Shown: in pieces, positions 1 through 9,237 of the stretch | Layout of the letters: the number at the start of each line of letters is the position of its first letter | Numbering within the stretch: the stretch's first letter is position 1 | Assembly: GCA_963769935.1 (NCBI GenBank) | Contig: CAVYNY010000031.1 | Coordinates: 1 to 40,801, forward strand | Direction: 5' to 3' | DNA: 40,801 nt | DNA from: an uncultured delta proteobacterium | GTDB taxonomy: Bacteria > Desulfobacterota > Desulfobacteria > Desulfobacterales > JAFDCJ01 | Notes under the pieces: generated by a model | Told to the model about the DNA's origin: nothing | What the model saw: only the letters and a program-made list of their open reading frames with translations | Databases searched by the model: none | Position numbers and translations under genes: made by a program

Positions 1-48
1 TAAAAATATAACTTTCCCTTATTTTGCAAATTCCAACTGTTTGGCTCT

Positions 49-225
49 GGAGGTTCGACGCGGAACTAAAGCGATAGGTTCGAGGTTTGAGGCGGAGCCT
101 TCGGCTGATAAAGGTTTGAGGTTAGAGGCAAGAAGGAAAAGGCTAAAGGTGAAAGGCGAAAGGACAAAAGCTAAACCCGCCGCAGCGAAGGCGAGCAAGC
201 CCGCCCAATGAAGGCGGGTAAATTT
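49..225 (+). repeat. purine-rich heptamer tract (GAGGTTN / AAGGCTN) with GCGGAGCCTTCGGCT mini-hairpin
   Basis: gaggttt-gaggtta-gaggcaa and aaggcta-aaggtga-aaggcga; same units recur at 866-1082 and 3425-3465. Confidence 0.8.
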
Positions 226-251
226 GCTTTGCCTGCTCTACGGGGGTATTA

Positions 252-518
252 TTATCGCTTGGATACAGCTGTTTTTTCCTGCTGCACTCTTTCATGTAAC
301 CATATCTTTATCAGGGCCGCACGGTCGACACCGATGCTCTGCCGGATTTTGTCAATTTCCTGAACCAATTCCTCAGCTATATCAAGGGTAATGCGGACCT
401 TTTTACCGTAGCGGATAATTGTAGCTTTGGTCATATCAACCAAATCATGAATGTCTTCTCCTTCGTCAAATCGACGATCAAATTCCCCTGAATTTTTTGC
501 AAATTTAGCTTTGCTCAT
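252..518 (-). CDS. brnA: BrnA-like antitoxin (CopG/RHH-type)
   Basis: EFDRRFDEGEDI...RITLDIAEELVQEIDKIRQSIGVDRAALIKIWLHER pattern; overlaps the end of brnT; ATG at 518 with GGAGG upstream. Confidence 0.8.
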   Translation of the reverse strand: MSKAKFAKNSGEFDRRFDEGEDIHDLVDMTKATIIRYGKKVRITLDIAEELVQEIDKIRQSIGVDRAALIKIWLHERVQQEKTAVSKR

Positions 519-768
519 ATAATATCGCCTCCTTTTTTCTGGCACTCCTCACCGATATAATACGAATGACATCCTCTCGTCGGGTGAAAATTGAGGTCCA
601 AAGTTTATTTCCGATTTTTCCAATCAAAGCATTTCTGTTTTCATCCGGGAAGTTTGTTTGAATTTCGACTCGATCCGGATCGTTCCACAATTCTATGGCG
701 GCATTGAAATCGATACCGTGCTTTGATTTGTTGGTACGGCTTTTCTTTTCATCCCATTCGAATTTCAT
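505..768 (-). CDS. brnT: BrnT family toxin (DUF497)
   Basis: MKFEWDEKKSRTNKSKHGIDF start and IRIISVRSARKKE end are characteristic of BrnT. Confidence 0.92.
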   Translation of the reverse strand: MKFEWDEKKSRTNKSKHGIDFNAAIELWNDPDRVEIQTNFPDENRNALIGKIGNKLWTSIFTRREDVIRIISVRSARKKEAILYEQS

Positions 769-776
769 GTAGAAAT

Positions 777-804
777 ATTATAGCTATTTTGTATTCAAAT
801 GCAA
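777..804 (-). promoter_or_regulatory. sigma70-type promoter of brnTA, probably a nearly leaderless mRNA
   Basis: minus strand TTGCAT-16nt-TATAAT; -10 box ends 8 nt before the ATG at 768; no RBS. Confidence 0.55.
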
Positions 805-865
805 CAATATTAAATGTAAATTTATAAAGATCCAAAGATAATTGAGAAAAGGTGAGCGCCGGCGG

Positions 866-1082
866 CGGTTGGAGGCGGAGCCTCCGGCTGCTGGAGGTTA
901 GAGGCGGAGCCTTCGACTGGTAGCGGTTTGAGGTTAGAGGTTGGAGGCAAGAAGCAAAAGGCTAAAGGCGGAGCAAAAGCCTTAGGTTCGAGGTTTGAGG
1001 TTGGAGGCAGAAAAGCATAAGCGCAGGGGGAAAAACGAAGCTTTAGGTTGGAGGCTAGAAGGAAAAGGCTAAAGGTTAAAGG
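866..1082 (+). repeat. second, longer heptamer tract in the same orientation
   Basis: repeated gaggttt/gaggtta/gaggttg units, two gcggagcct(t/c)cg hairpin units, and agaaggaaaaggctaaaggt shared with 131-150. Confidence 0.8.
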
Positions 1083-1273
1083 ATTATTTGCTGAATTTTT
1101 CGCACCGACTCCCCAACCACCTGCAGTCTCATTGAGATTGCATCCGGCAGGGTTATTCCGTCCGCCGATTGCACGAATTCACCCGCCAAACGAATTTTCA
1201 GAAACCTGCTTTCAATTCGGCTGACAGACTCAAGCATCAGGTCTATATAATCAGTTATGCCGTCTTCATGCAT
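1076..1273 (-). pseudogene. HepT-like/DUF86 ribonuclease, N-terminal half only
   Basis: DYIDLMLESVSRIESRF...DAISMRLQVVGESVRKI; the RX4H region is absent; ORF runs into the repeat tract, which supplies the stop. Confidence 0.75.
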
Positions 1274-1391
1274 AATGGATCTGTCTTTCGTTCGTGATCT
1301 TCGTGGTCTTCGGAGTGAGATAATATACGATCAAATCAACTTGAACTTTCCGGATAACCGGGTTAGTGATTATCAAATCTGGTCAGTGTGT

Positions 1392-2569
1392 TCAGAGGCT
1401 CGAATGTTCGATAGCGGATAATTGCAGCCTGTAAGTTACGGCTCCGTATATGCTTGCCGCTATGGTAAAATAAAATATTGGTAAAATGTTGAGGACTGGG
1501 CTTGTGGCGGCGTATGTTCGCAGCTTTCGATGAAAATGGCAGAGGCGGCTGAAATAAAAAAGGCCCATCCCATAGTCTTTTCAAATGATTCGTTTTTCCT
1601 TCCTCGCATCTCAGCGATCATGTAGCCTAAAAGTGTAAAAGCCCCGACATATTCGATAAACCGGAATATGAAAACGATTCTATCGTTGAAGGCGAGCTCG
1701 TTAAAGTTGATGCTGTACTGCCAATCTTCAAGCGGCAGGGTCGTCGGCCAGGCCGCCAGAAGCAGAAGATAGACTGCATAAAACGGCAAAAGCCTCTTTA
1801 ACACCGGCAGCTCAAATCGACGCTCCTCATTTTTTTCCCTCCGCGGTATTCGTGCAAGAATCTGCACAAAAATTCCGATCAGAGATCCGAAAAACAATAT
1901 TTGCTTTGGAAAATTGATCACCGCTGGAATCGCGGCAATGAAAAACCAACCCATTGCAAACAGAGATAATTTAAAGAATGAGTGCTCCAGCACCTGTTGG
2001 AAGCGGGATTTATAAATCGATGCCAGCACACCGCCGCCCATCAGCCCTAACATAAGCATCAGCCACAGGCGTGAGCCTTCTCTGCCGGTTGCCAGACCAT
2101 TCAGCCACATCAAAGGAATCAGCAGATAGACCAGATTCATCAGCGGCAATTCCAGGGCCAAGAGTTTGAACGGCTGCCTTTCTTTCAAATTTTTCTTCAG
2201 CATTGCAAAACTTATGGCTCCCAGCCAGGCACCAAAGCCGTTTGTGAGCACATCAGTTACCTGAGGGTACCGTCCGGGAATAAAAACCTGGGCAGATTCA
2301 ACCGCGAAACTCAACAGTAGTCCTATGGCTATCACCTGCAGGCAAAAAAAGTCAGCACCTTTTCTGCGGGTTAGCCTCCCAAGAAAACCGACGGGGATGA
2401 ATAAAAGTACATTGGTAACAAGGTCGGCCAAGTTGGTGGACCAGGTTAGGTGGAAACTTTCGGGTATACGGAACTCAAATGGGACCAGCGAGATCAGTAC
2501 CACCACGATGCACATATAAATCATCAGGGCATAGCCCAAGGCTGATTGATCTTTGGTCTTTTTTGTCAT
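1392..2569 (-). CDS. VanZ-domain polytopic membrane protein, frameshifted near the C-terminus (~1526)
   Basis: DLVTNVLLFIPVGFL...SFAVESAQVFIPGRYPQVTDVLTNGFGAWLG VanZ motif; after IFIE an alternative frame continues KLRTYAATSPVLNILPIFYFTIAASIYGAVTYRLQLSAIEHSSL* to 1392. Confidence 0.8.
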
Positions 2570-2616
2570 TTTATTTTTGACAGGATTTAAGCGACATGGA
2601 ACTATGGGGACGCCCA

Positions 2617-2664
2617 TAAAAATATAACTTTCCTAACTTTTGAAAGTTCCAACTGTTTGGCTCT
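2617..2664 (+). repeat. ~48 bp direct repeat of bases 1-48
   Basis: taaaaatataactttcc...ttccaactgtttggctct present at both 1-48 and 2617-2664. Confidence 0.85.
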
Positions 2665-2742
2665 CGTGATGTTTATGGAATTCGGACTAAATTGCAAAAA
2701 GAAATCGAAAAGGAGAAAAGCTGGGAGGCGAGGAAGTAGATG

Positions 2743-2835
2743 CTAATTTTCGCAATGATGTTTTATATCGTCTATAAACTCTTTGACCTTCAGTACCCAG
2801 GGTTCGACTAAATCACGGTCAAAAGATACAAAGTC
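2743..2835 (-). pseudogene. C-terminal remnant of a HEPN-domain protein
   Basis: hand translation DFVSFDRDLVEPWVLKVKEFIDDIKHHCEN* resembles the last helix of HEPN (UPF0332-like) proteins; abuts the MNT stop codon. Confidence 0.6.
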
Positions 2836-3181
2836 ATAAGACCACACCGTCACGCTCGACTATTTCTTTAAACGGCAATATAGAATAAAGTTCAGAATTC
2901 CATTCATCGCGGCTTCTGACAATAGTGCTTAATACAGTATTACTTTCCAGTTCAAGCTCGTACAAACGATCGCGCAATTCGGACACGATTTGTTGATCCG
3001 GATGCTGGTCTAATAATATCAGAAAATCCCAATCCGATTCAAGGTCCGCTTCTAATCGGGCTTGTGAGCCATAAAGTATAATGTCGGCTCCCGGAAGTAA
3101 CGAATGGACTTCATTCTGAACCCTTTTTAGGAGTCTGGAGGTTTCCTGCGATTTGTATCCCCATTTTTTGAAAGTTTTCAT
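2834..3181 (-). CDS. minimal nucleotidyltransferase (MNT) domain protein, HEPN-MNT antitoxin-like
   Basis: IILYGSQARLEADLESDWDFLILL GS...DxD motif; ends ERDGVVL. Confidence 0.9.
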   Translation of the reverse strand: MKTFKKWGYKSQETSRLLKRVQNEVHSLLPGADIILYGSQARLEADLESDWDFLILLDQHPDQQIVSELRDRLYELELESNTVLSTIVRSRDEWNSELYSILPFKEIVERDGVVL

Positions 3182-3595
3182 AGCCCACCGGTTAGATCAA
3201 CCCTTCAGATTTAAGCTGCTCATGGTATATTATATTCATGATTACAGAATATTAAACTGATTATGGCATTATTGTCAATAATAAGGACGGAAAAGGGGAC
3301 ATCCTGAGTTGACTTACGAAAAAGTTTGAAGATTCCCTGATTAAACTGGGGGAATTCAGGGCTATTAGTTTATATTGTGGGAAAAAGGGGTCCGATCTTT
3401 AAAATTGATATATTGGCAGGATAGCGCCTTCGGCGGAATGAGGTTAGAGGCGGAGCTTGCAGCTGTTTGAGGGACGGAGTCATGGGGTCGCCACAGCAAC
3501 ATATTGAAAAATAGATAAATGTTACCCCAAAACGCCGATATTTCGCCCTTAATCGGTCAATTTTTATGCAAAAACTGTTCGATTAAGAATGCTGG

Positions 3596-3950
3596 CTATT
3601 GATTCCATAAATATGTGTTCTCGGAATCTAGATTGTCAGTATTGCCGAATGGCGTTATCACCTCCCGAAGTTCAAATGTATCGTCAGCGCAGATTATCTT
3701 TCTGCCTCTCGCCCTATAACCAAGCGTTCCCTTTATCTTCTCTATAAACGTTTTGCTTCCGACAGCGATGCTTTGTGTCCACTTGTTTTCTTTATCACAA
3801 TCGTCAGTTTGGATTGCACTTTCAACCCATTGGAAGTGGGCATCTTTGAAATCATCATAGTTTTCAAAGCCCAGCAGACCCATCAGCCGATCAAAATCAA
3901 TAATGACTCAAACCGCTATACCTTTTCTTTGCCTGGTATAGCCACTCAAT
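3596..3950 (-). pseudogene. C-terminal remnant of a REP-associated tyrosine transposase (RAYT/IS200-like Y1)
   Basis: IIDFDRLMGLLGF...KWTQSIAVGSKTFIEKIKGTLGYRARGR...FELRE resembles the C-terminal region of deltaproteobacterial Y1 transposases; HUH catalytic N-terminus not visible. Confidence 0.6.
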
Positions 3951-4113
3951 CCACCGGCGCCGATCCCTTGGGAATTTTAAAAGGAATTCCCGCTTATGGC
4001 ATCTGTGGGTTATTTACCCCGTTAAACCTTTTCTTACTTTGTTTAACTGGGGTATGCCAAACATAACCTGGTATATAATGTCTTTTTGCACGAGCCATTG
4101 TTCATCGAGTCTC

Positions 4114-4386
4114 TTAACCCCTTAGTTGCAGAAACAACATGGCAAAGATTAGATAATGCTCCGCAATTATAGACAATATCATAGCAAAATGACAAATTCT
4201 TGGATACCTCCATTGGTGAATTCGAAGGATGGGGTCGATTTTGCCATGTTGTTTCCCCTTGAAACAACGCGGAAAGCCGGAGGACTTCAGATTCTGCGTT
4301 GCTGAGGGTTCGAAGTAAAGAACTACGACTTCACCCTCAGACGCCTTGACTCTGAAACCCTCCGGCTTTTGCAACGTTGGGGTTAA
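4114..4386. mobile_element. ~273 bp MITE-like palindromic element with two internal arms
   Basis: terminal IR ttaacccc-nnn-gttgca / tgcaac-nnn-ggggttaa; perfect 16-bp IR 4131-4146 / 4240-4255; long hairpin ~4273-4369. Confidence 0.7.
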
Positions 4387-4494
4387 TTGTGCAGTTTTGG
4401 CGGAAAATCGGTCGATTAAGGCAGATTTAGAGACGTTTTTATGACATCTTCCCCGCAAAGTCAATCACTTGGCGTGGCCCGACCCCCAGGCCCC

Positions 4495-4635
4495 CCTTTG
4501 GGGGCGCCGGATATGGCCCTGTTTTTTTTACCCGGGCGATTCTGGGAGACAATCCTATCAAAGTATTCAACCACGGCAAAATGCAGCGGGATTTTACCAG
4601 CATCGATGATATCATCGAGGGAGTTGCGCGGGTAC
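4495..4635 (+). pseudogene. internal fragment of an NAD-dependent epimerase (UDP-glucuronate 4-epimerase-like)
   Basis: PDMALFF, shift in the poly-T run, then TRAILGDNPIKVFNHGKMQRDFTSIDDIIEGVARV, a highly recognisable segment of this family. Confidence 0.8.
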
Positions 4636-4662
4636 GGATTCGTTTTTGATCAAAGTAAAAGG

Positions 4663-4708
4663 TTGACTTTAGGGTATCTAAAGCATATCCTTTAAGTTAA
4701 CTAAAAGC
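4663..4708 (+). promoter_or_regulatory. TA operon promoter with overlapping palindromic operator
   Basis: TTGACT-17-TATCCT; CTTTAG-N5-CTAAAG palindrome at 4667-4683 and a degenerate second copy at ~4690-4707. Confidence 0.6.
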
Positions 4709-4727
4709 AATTTGGAGGTAACCCGTC

Positions 4728-4964
4728 ATGGCTCAATTTGTTGGCGCAAAAGAATTTAGACAACGATTTTCGGAGATTGTCGAGGACCTCAAGCGAACGG
4801 GCGAAATCGTGGTCCTTAAAAGGTCAAAACCGTTGTTCAAGGTGGTTCCTTATGAAGAAGTACCGTCAGATCTGCTCGACCGTGCCTACGCTATAAAGGA
4901 CAGCGGTCAACCGGATCTGCAGGAGATATCGCGGATCGTTCACAAAATACGTCGGGTAAAATGA
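4728..4964 (+). CDS. Phd/YefM-family antitoxin
   Basis: VGAKEFRQRFSEIVEDL...EIVVLKRSKPLFKVVP; GGAGG RBS; overlaps the PIN gene start. Confidence 0.8.
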   Translation: MAQFVGAKEFRQRFSEIVEDLKRTGEIVVLKRSKPLFKVVPYEEVPSDLLDRAYAIKDSGQPDLQEISRIVHKIRRVK

Positions 4965-5395
4965 AGGTTGTCGTCGATACCAATGTTGCCGTATCTGGTT
5001 TATTATGGCAAGGGCCGCCCAACGAGATTCTAAAATGGTCTCGACTGGGGATTCTGAAGATTATTGCCTGTGATGAAACGGTAAATGAACTCAGACGTGT
5101 GTTGCGTTATAAAAGATTTTATCGAAGACTTTCTGTGCTCGCAACTTCATCGGACGAAGTCTACGCTTACTTTATGAACCTGGTTTTATTCGTCCCTAAA
5201 CCAAAATTCATACCGACAAAAATTAAAGAAGATCCTTTCGATAATCTTTTCCTGGCATTAGCTTCCGAAAACAAGGCTCATATGATTATTTCCGGGGACA
5301 ATCATCTTTTAGATTTGCAGGCGTTTGAGGATATTCAAATTGTCACTCCGAGTGAAGCTTGTCAGGTCGTTGAGTCTTTTTTGTATAACCATTGA
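4961..5395 (+). CDS. PIN-domain (VapC-like) putative toxin
   Basis: MKVVVDTNVAVSGLL ... DPFDNLFLALA...IISGDNHLL PIN motifs. Confidence 0.92.
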   Translation: MKVVVDTNVAVSGLLWQGPPNEILKWSRLGILKIIACDETVNELRRVLRYKRFYRRLSVLATSSDEVYAYFMNLVLFVPKPKFIPTKIKEDPFDNLFLALASENKAHMIISGDNHLLDLQAFEDIQIVTPSEACQVVESFLYNH

Positions 5396-5403
5396 TCTAT
5401 ATT

Positions 5404-5434
5404 TTTGAGCATTTTCCGGTGGAAAATGCTCAAA
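5404..5434. terminator. perfect 14-bp stem hairpin after the PIN gene
   Basis: tttgagcattttcc-ggt-ggaaaatgctcaaa. Confidence 0.55.
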
Positions 5435-5450
5435 GCCAATCGAATATTTC

Positions 5451-5559
5451 TCACCCCAAAGGCGCAAAGAGCGCAGAGAAGAGAATACAGCTACCCTGAT
5501 CCCTGGCGCAGCCAGCCAACTAAATGTTTTCTCAGCGTTCTCAGCGATCTCCGCGGTGA
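5451..5559. repeat. TCACC...CAGAG / CTC.GCG...GGTGA inverted-repeat element (family B)
   Basis: tcaccccaaaggcgcaaagagcgcagag ... ctcagcgttctcagcgatctccgcggtga; relatives at 9869-10091 and 34021-34146. Confidence 0.7.
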
Positions 5560-5672
5560 AAAAAGCAGGGAGGCCAGGAAGTTGGGAGGGTGAGAGGGTT
5601 GGAGGGTATGGGAAAAATACATAAAACTATCCAGAGTATCCTGTGAATCCTGTCAAACAATATTATTCTTAA

Positions 5673-6230
5673 ATCGTCCTTTCCCTCATACTTTTGGCCG
5701 CGTTTGGTCCGGCCGCCGCTGTGGGGTGGGCATTGCAGCCGGGGGAGATCCTGGTGATTGCCAACGGCAATGCCGATAAAAGCGTTGATCTTGCAAAACA
5801 CTACATGCAGAAAAGAAGCATCCCGGCGGACAACCTGCTGGTGTTGCGTTTGACCGAAGACGAACAGTGCTCCCGTGATGAGTACGATAAAAAAGTGGCA
5901 GGCAGGGTCAGGACGCACCTGCGGGAAAAAGACCCTGACCACAAAATCCGTTGCCTGCTGACCATGTACGGGATGCCCCTGAAAGTGGCGCCGCCGCAAA
6001 TGTCCCCGGCGGAAAAGACCCAGGTCAAAGCGCTCGAAATGCAAAAAGAAAAATTAAGCCGGGACCTGAAACTTGCCGGGGACCAGGACAATGATCAAAC
6101 CCGGGCGCTTCGCAAGGATCTGCAGGCGCTTAAAAAAAGCATCGCTAAAATTGCCAAAAGCGATGCGCGCGCATCCCTTGATTCGGAGCTGGCCCTGGTG
6201 CGGGAGGAAAATTATTCCCTGGGGAATATG
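5673..6230 (+). pseudogene. TIGR03790-family protein, N-terminal fragment
   Basis: ALQPGEILVIANGN..SVDLAKHYMQKRSIP...CLLTMYGMPLKV...ASLDSELALV; signal peptide lacks a start codon; similarity ends near the GGGGAC motif at 6230. Confidence 0.7.
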
Positions 6231-6363
6231 GGGACGGTCATGCATATTCACATCTGATTTTGACCGATGATTCCGAATGAAAAGGCCACCCATTCGATTA
6301 AACCACTCCACGGACACTTCACCATGTCGCAAAATGTAATGGTCTCGGTGCAATCTGCTTCGC

Positions 6364-6702
<339 letters not shown>

Positions 6703-6847
6703 TTATTCGGCCTATGAAATGAATTATGTAATATTGTGGAATATTTTTCATAATATTTGTGAAATATATATCTCTATATTCCAAGGATGATTTCTTTTAA
6801 AATTGTAAACAACTGAAATCTTAACGTATTTAATTTGCTTTCCTATT

Positions 6848-6863
6848 GGGCATGATAATTGCT
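6848..6863 (+). promoter_or_regulatory. sigma54 -24/-12 promoter for the PEP-CTERM gene
   Basis: GGGCATGATAATTGCT = GG-N10-GC, ~95 nt before the ATG, AT-rich upstream. Confidence 0.7.
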
Positions 6864-6958
6864 TAGAAAGACCGGAGAAAGAAGTATGGAAGAGAAAATG
6901 TCTGCTGTCCCTTGGAGTTGAAGCTGTTAATTTTGCTGAATTGCCGGGAGGAAAATCG

Positions 6959-7584
6959 ATGAAAAAATGTCTGGTCTTACTTTTCGCATTGCTTGCAGTA
7001 TTTATGGTTGCCGGGATCTCAAGCGCCGCGTCGATGCCCTACGCGATCGATGACATAGGGAGTTTTCTATCCGACGCCACTTACTTTAACGGGTTCATAG
7101 AAATAACGGATCCGTTTGATTTTTCGGGAACATGGAATTACACAGCAATTGCCTTCGAATCGGCAACATCAATTATATCCGTGAAGCTCCGGGCGGTGCG
7201 AAAACCTTCACCACCGCCGACACCGGCAATTTCGGCGTCATGCAGTCGGTCGATTTTGACACGGACAACCTCTATTTTTCAGACGGGGACCCCGCAGATG
7301 TGCCTCTTTCTGAATTTGATCCGGCCGAACCTCTTTTCAGGCTGTTCCGGCTGACAGCTGCTTCAAATCCTTTATCCTATCTGACATCGAACCCCGTCTT
7401 TCAGGCCGGCACGTATATTTTAGGCTTCAATGACAACGGATCGCCGCCCGTCGGCGACAGCGATTTCGACGACATTATTGTTGCGGCAAATCCGGTGCCC
7501 GAGCCCGGCACGCTGATTCTTCTGGGAGCCGGGCTGGCCGGATTGTTCGGATGGGGCCGCAAAAAGTTTCGCAGGAATTTATAA
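6959..7584 (+). CDS. PEP-CTERM sorting-domain protein, frameshifted at ~7160
   Basis: signal peptide MKKCLVLLFALL in one frame, GNINYIRE...FNDNG...DFDDIIV..PVPEPGTLILLGAGLAGLFGWGRKKFRR in the next; one extra base at gaatcggc would join them. Confidence 0.88.
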
Positions 7585-7638
7585 AGCTTTAAAGCAAAGC
7601 CGTCAGCATTTCGCAGCACGCAGGCTTTAAATCCATAG

Positions 7639-7680
7639 AAACCGGATTTCTCTATACCAGAGATTTCCGGTTTTTGTTTT
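7639..7680. terminator. intrinsic terminator between convergent genes
   Basis: aaaccggatttctct-atacc-agagatttccggttttt. Confidence 0.7.
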
Positions 7681-7728
7681 TGATTAGAAGCTATAAATGG
7701 TCATCGTCGGGTCAAGGGCGTTTGTGGC

Positions 7729-8211
7729 TCAGAAAAATTTCGAGCTCCCGTTAACGAATTTTTCCCAGGGTGTCAGGTCATTTTCTCCTGTTTCTCTTGG
7801 AGGCGGCTGGGGGGGCCGGGTTTTATTGACTTTCTTTTTCTGGATGGCCGGCGTTTTAACCGCCTCTGTCTTTGCAGCCGGAATGTTGATGAACCTGCCT
7901 TTGAACAAACTGATCCGCAAAATTGCACCCGGTTTGATATCGATGGTGGTTTCTGAATCTTTAACCCAAAGCGTGTGAGTCCCTGGTTTTACCCTGTCTA
8001 AGAAAAGGGGCGTCTTTCCCAGGTGGGTGCCATTCAGCGCAACTTCCAGGCCCGGCGGTTCGCTGAGCACCGTCAAGATGCCCGTTGCATTGGCGGCGCC
8101 CTGTAAGGTTCGGGTGGGTTCTATTAAGCCTGAAGCCATGGCCGGATCCGTGATTAATAAAATAAGCAATGCCGCCTGCAAAACTCGCCTTAAATTTATA
8201 ATGGTTCTCAT
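7729..8211 (-). CDS. PEGA-domain exported protein
   Basis: GILTVLSEPPGLEVALNGTHLGKTPLFLDRVKPGTHTLWV; signal-like N-terminus from ATG 8211. Confidence 0.85.
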   Translation of the reverse strand: MRTIINLRRVLQAALLILLITDPAMASGLIEPTRTLQGAANATGILTVLSEPPGLEVALNGTHLGKTPLFLDRVKPGTHTLWVKDSETTIDIKPGAILRISLFKGRFINIPAAKTEAVKTPAIQKKKVNKTRPPQPPPRETGENDLTPWEKFVNGSSKFF

Positions 8212-8406
8212 ATGCTTCTCCCGAAAGTCTGGTTTGCGCCTGCCTGTATGACCTGTCGAACCAAGCCTTGTGACCTGTTCCCTGAGCCTATTTATATAAT
8301 AATGCCTATTTTCATTCCTCAAACGCATTGATATCATTTTCTGCCGCGACCTCAAGCTGAACTAAAACTATCAAGGCGATCAATCAAAGCATTAGTGAAG
8401 TTCTCA

Positions 8407-8518
8407 GCCGAACCGAAAATGCTTGCCGGAATCGCCCCCGGTGAGATGGTAACCGCTGAAAAGTCGGCTGACGAAAATGCTCCAAAAAAACCCCTCTTTC
8501 CGGGATTGAGGTTTTTCT
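8407..8518 (+). pseudogene. decayed duplicate of the 3' end and terminator of the 13456-13731 gene
   Basis: 8407-8460 matches 13633-13686 at 46/54 nt by hand count; aaaaaacccctc...gaggttttt hairpin mirrors 13805-13838. Confidence 0.75.
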
Positions 8519-8753
8519 ATGGAACATGGAACGTTAGGATTACGTCCATCCAACCTTGGACTCGATCCCCCATTGACAACTGCTAAATCCTGCATATTAT
8601 TGAACATATACACTAACCGATTGTTTTTATTGTAAAGACATTATTTTTTGATTTTGGTGTAAACCGATTGGAAGAGCCGTGCGTCTAATGGGATTAAAGA
8701 GGATTAAATCCAACTTGGAACTTACTTCAAGGTCAAGAAAGAAGGACAGAACC

Positions 8754-9221
8754 ATGAAAAAGAGGACATGTGCGGTTTTTGTAATAATTGTGCTGGCTTT
8801 CGCTATGCCGCTGTATGGTTATGACGGAGGGAAGCTGCTTGATGTCGGGTACGGCGGTGGACACTACGGCGGTGGACACTACGGCGGTGGACATTACGGC
8901 GGTGGACATTACGGCGGTGGATATTATCACGGTGGACATTATTGGGGCGGATATCATGGGGGAGGACATTCGGGAAACAGCTTTTATTGGGGCGGTTCGA
9001 TCTGGTTGGGGCCGGGGTACCCATATGGGTGGGGATACCCCTATCCCTATTATGCAGGCCCCCCGGTAGTCATCCAGCAGCAGCCTCCGGTGTATTCCCA
9101 AAAAGAGCAGCCGGAACCCAACTACTGGTACTATTGCCAGAATCCGCAGGGCTATTACCCTTATATCAAAAGCTGTCCGGGCGGATGGATGAAGGTGGTG
9201 CCGGAACCGCCCCAGCAGTAG
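8754..9221 (+). CDS. exported Gly/His/Tyr-rich, Pro-rich protein
   Basis: signal peptide; (GGGHY)n repeats; C-terminal YWYYCQNPQGYYPYIKSCPGGWMKVVP motif. Confidence 0.85.
   Translation: MKKRTCAVFVIIVLAFAMPLYGYDGGKLLDVGYGGGHYGGGHYGGGHYGGGHYGGGYYHGGHYWGGYHGGGHSGNSFYWGGSIWLGPGYPYGWGYPYPYYAGPPVVIQQQPPVYSQKEQPEPNYWYYCQNPQGYYPYIKSCPGGWMKVVPEPPQQ
8850..8925 (+). repeat. 15-bp coding tandem repeat tacggcggtggaca(c/t), about 5 copies
   Basis: directly visible; degenerate copies continue to ~8970. Confidence 0.9.
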
Positions 9222-9237
9222 GGGAGGGCAGGATAAA

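Noticed and set aside
49..1082. CRISPR array in the repeat tracts
   Set aside because: Units are 7-15 nt, degenerate and irregularly spaced, with no constant repeat-spacer period and no cas genes.
4043..4695. ORFs 4043-4267, 4114-4464, 4441-4695 as genes
   Set aside because: They run through a palindromic element and a frameshifted epimerase scar.
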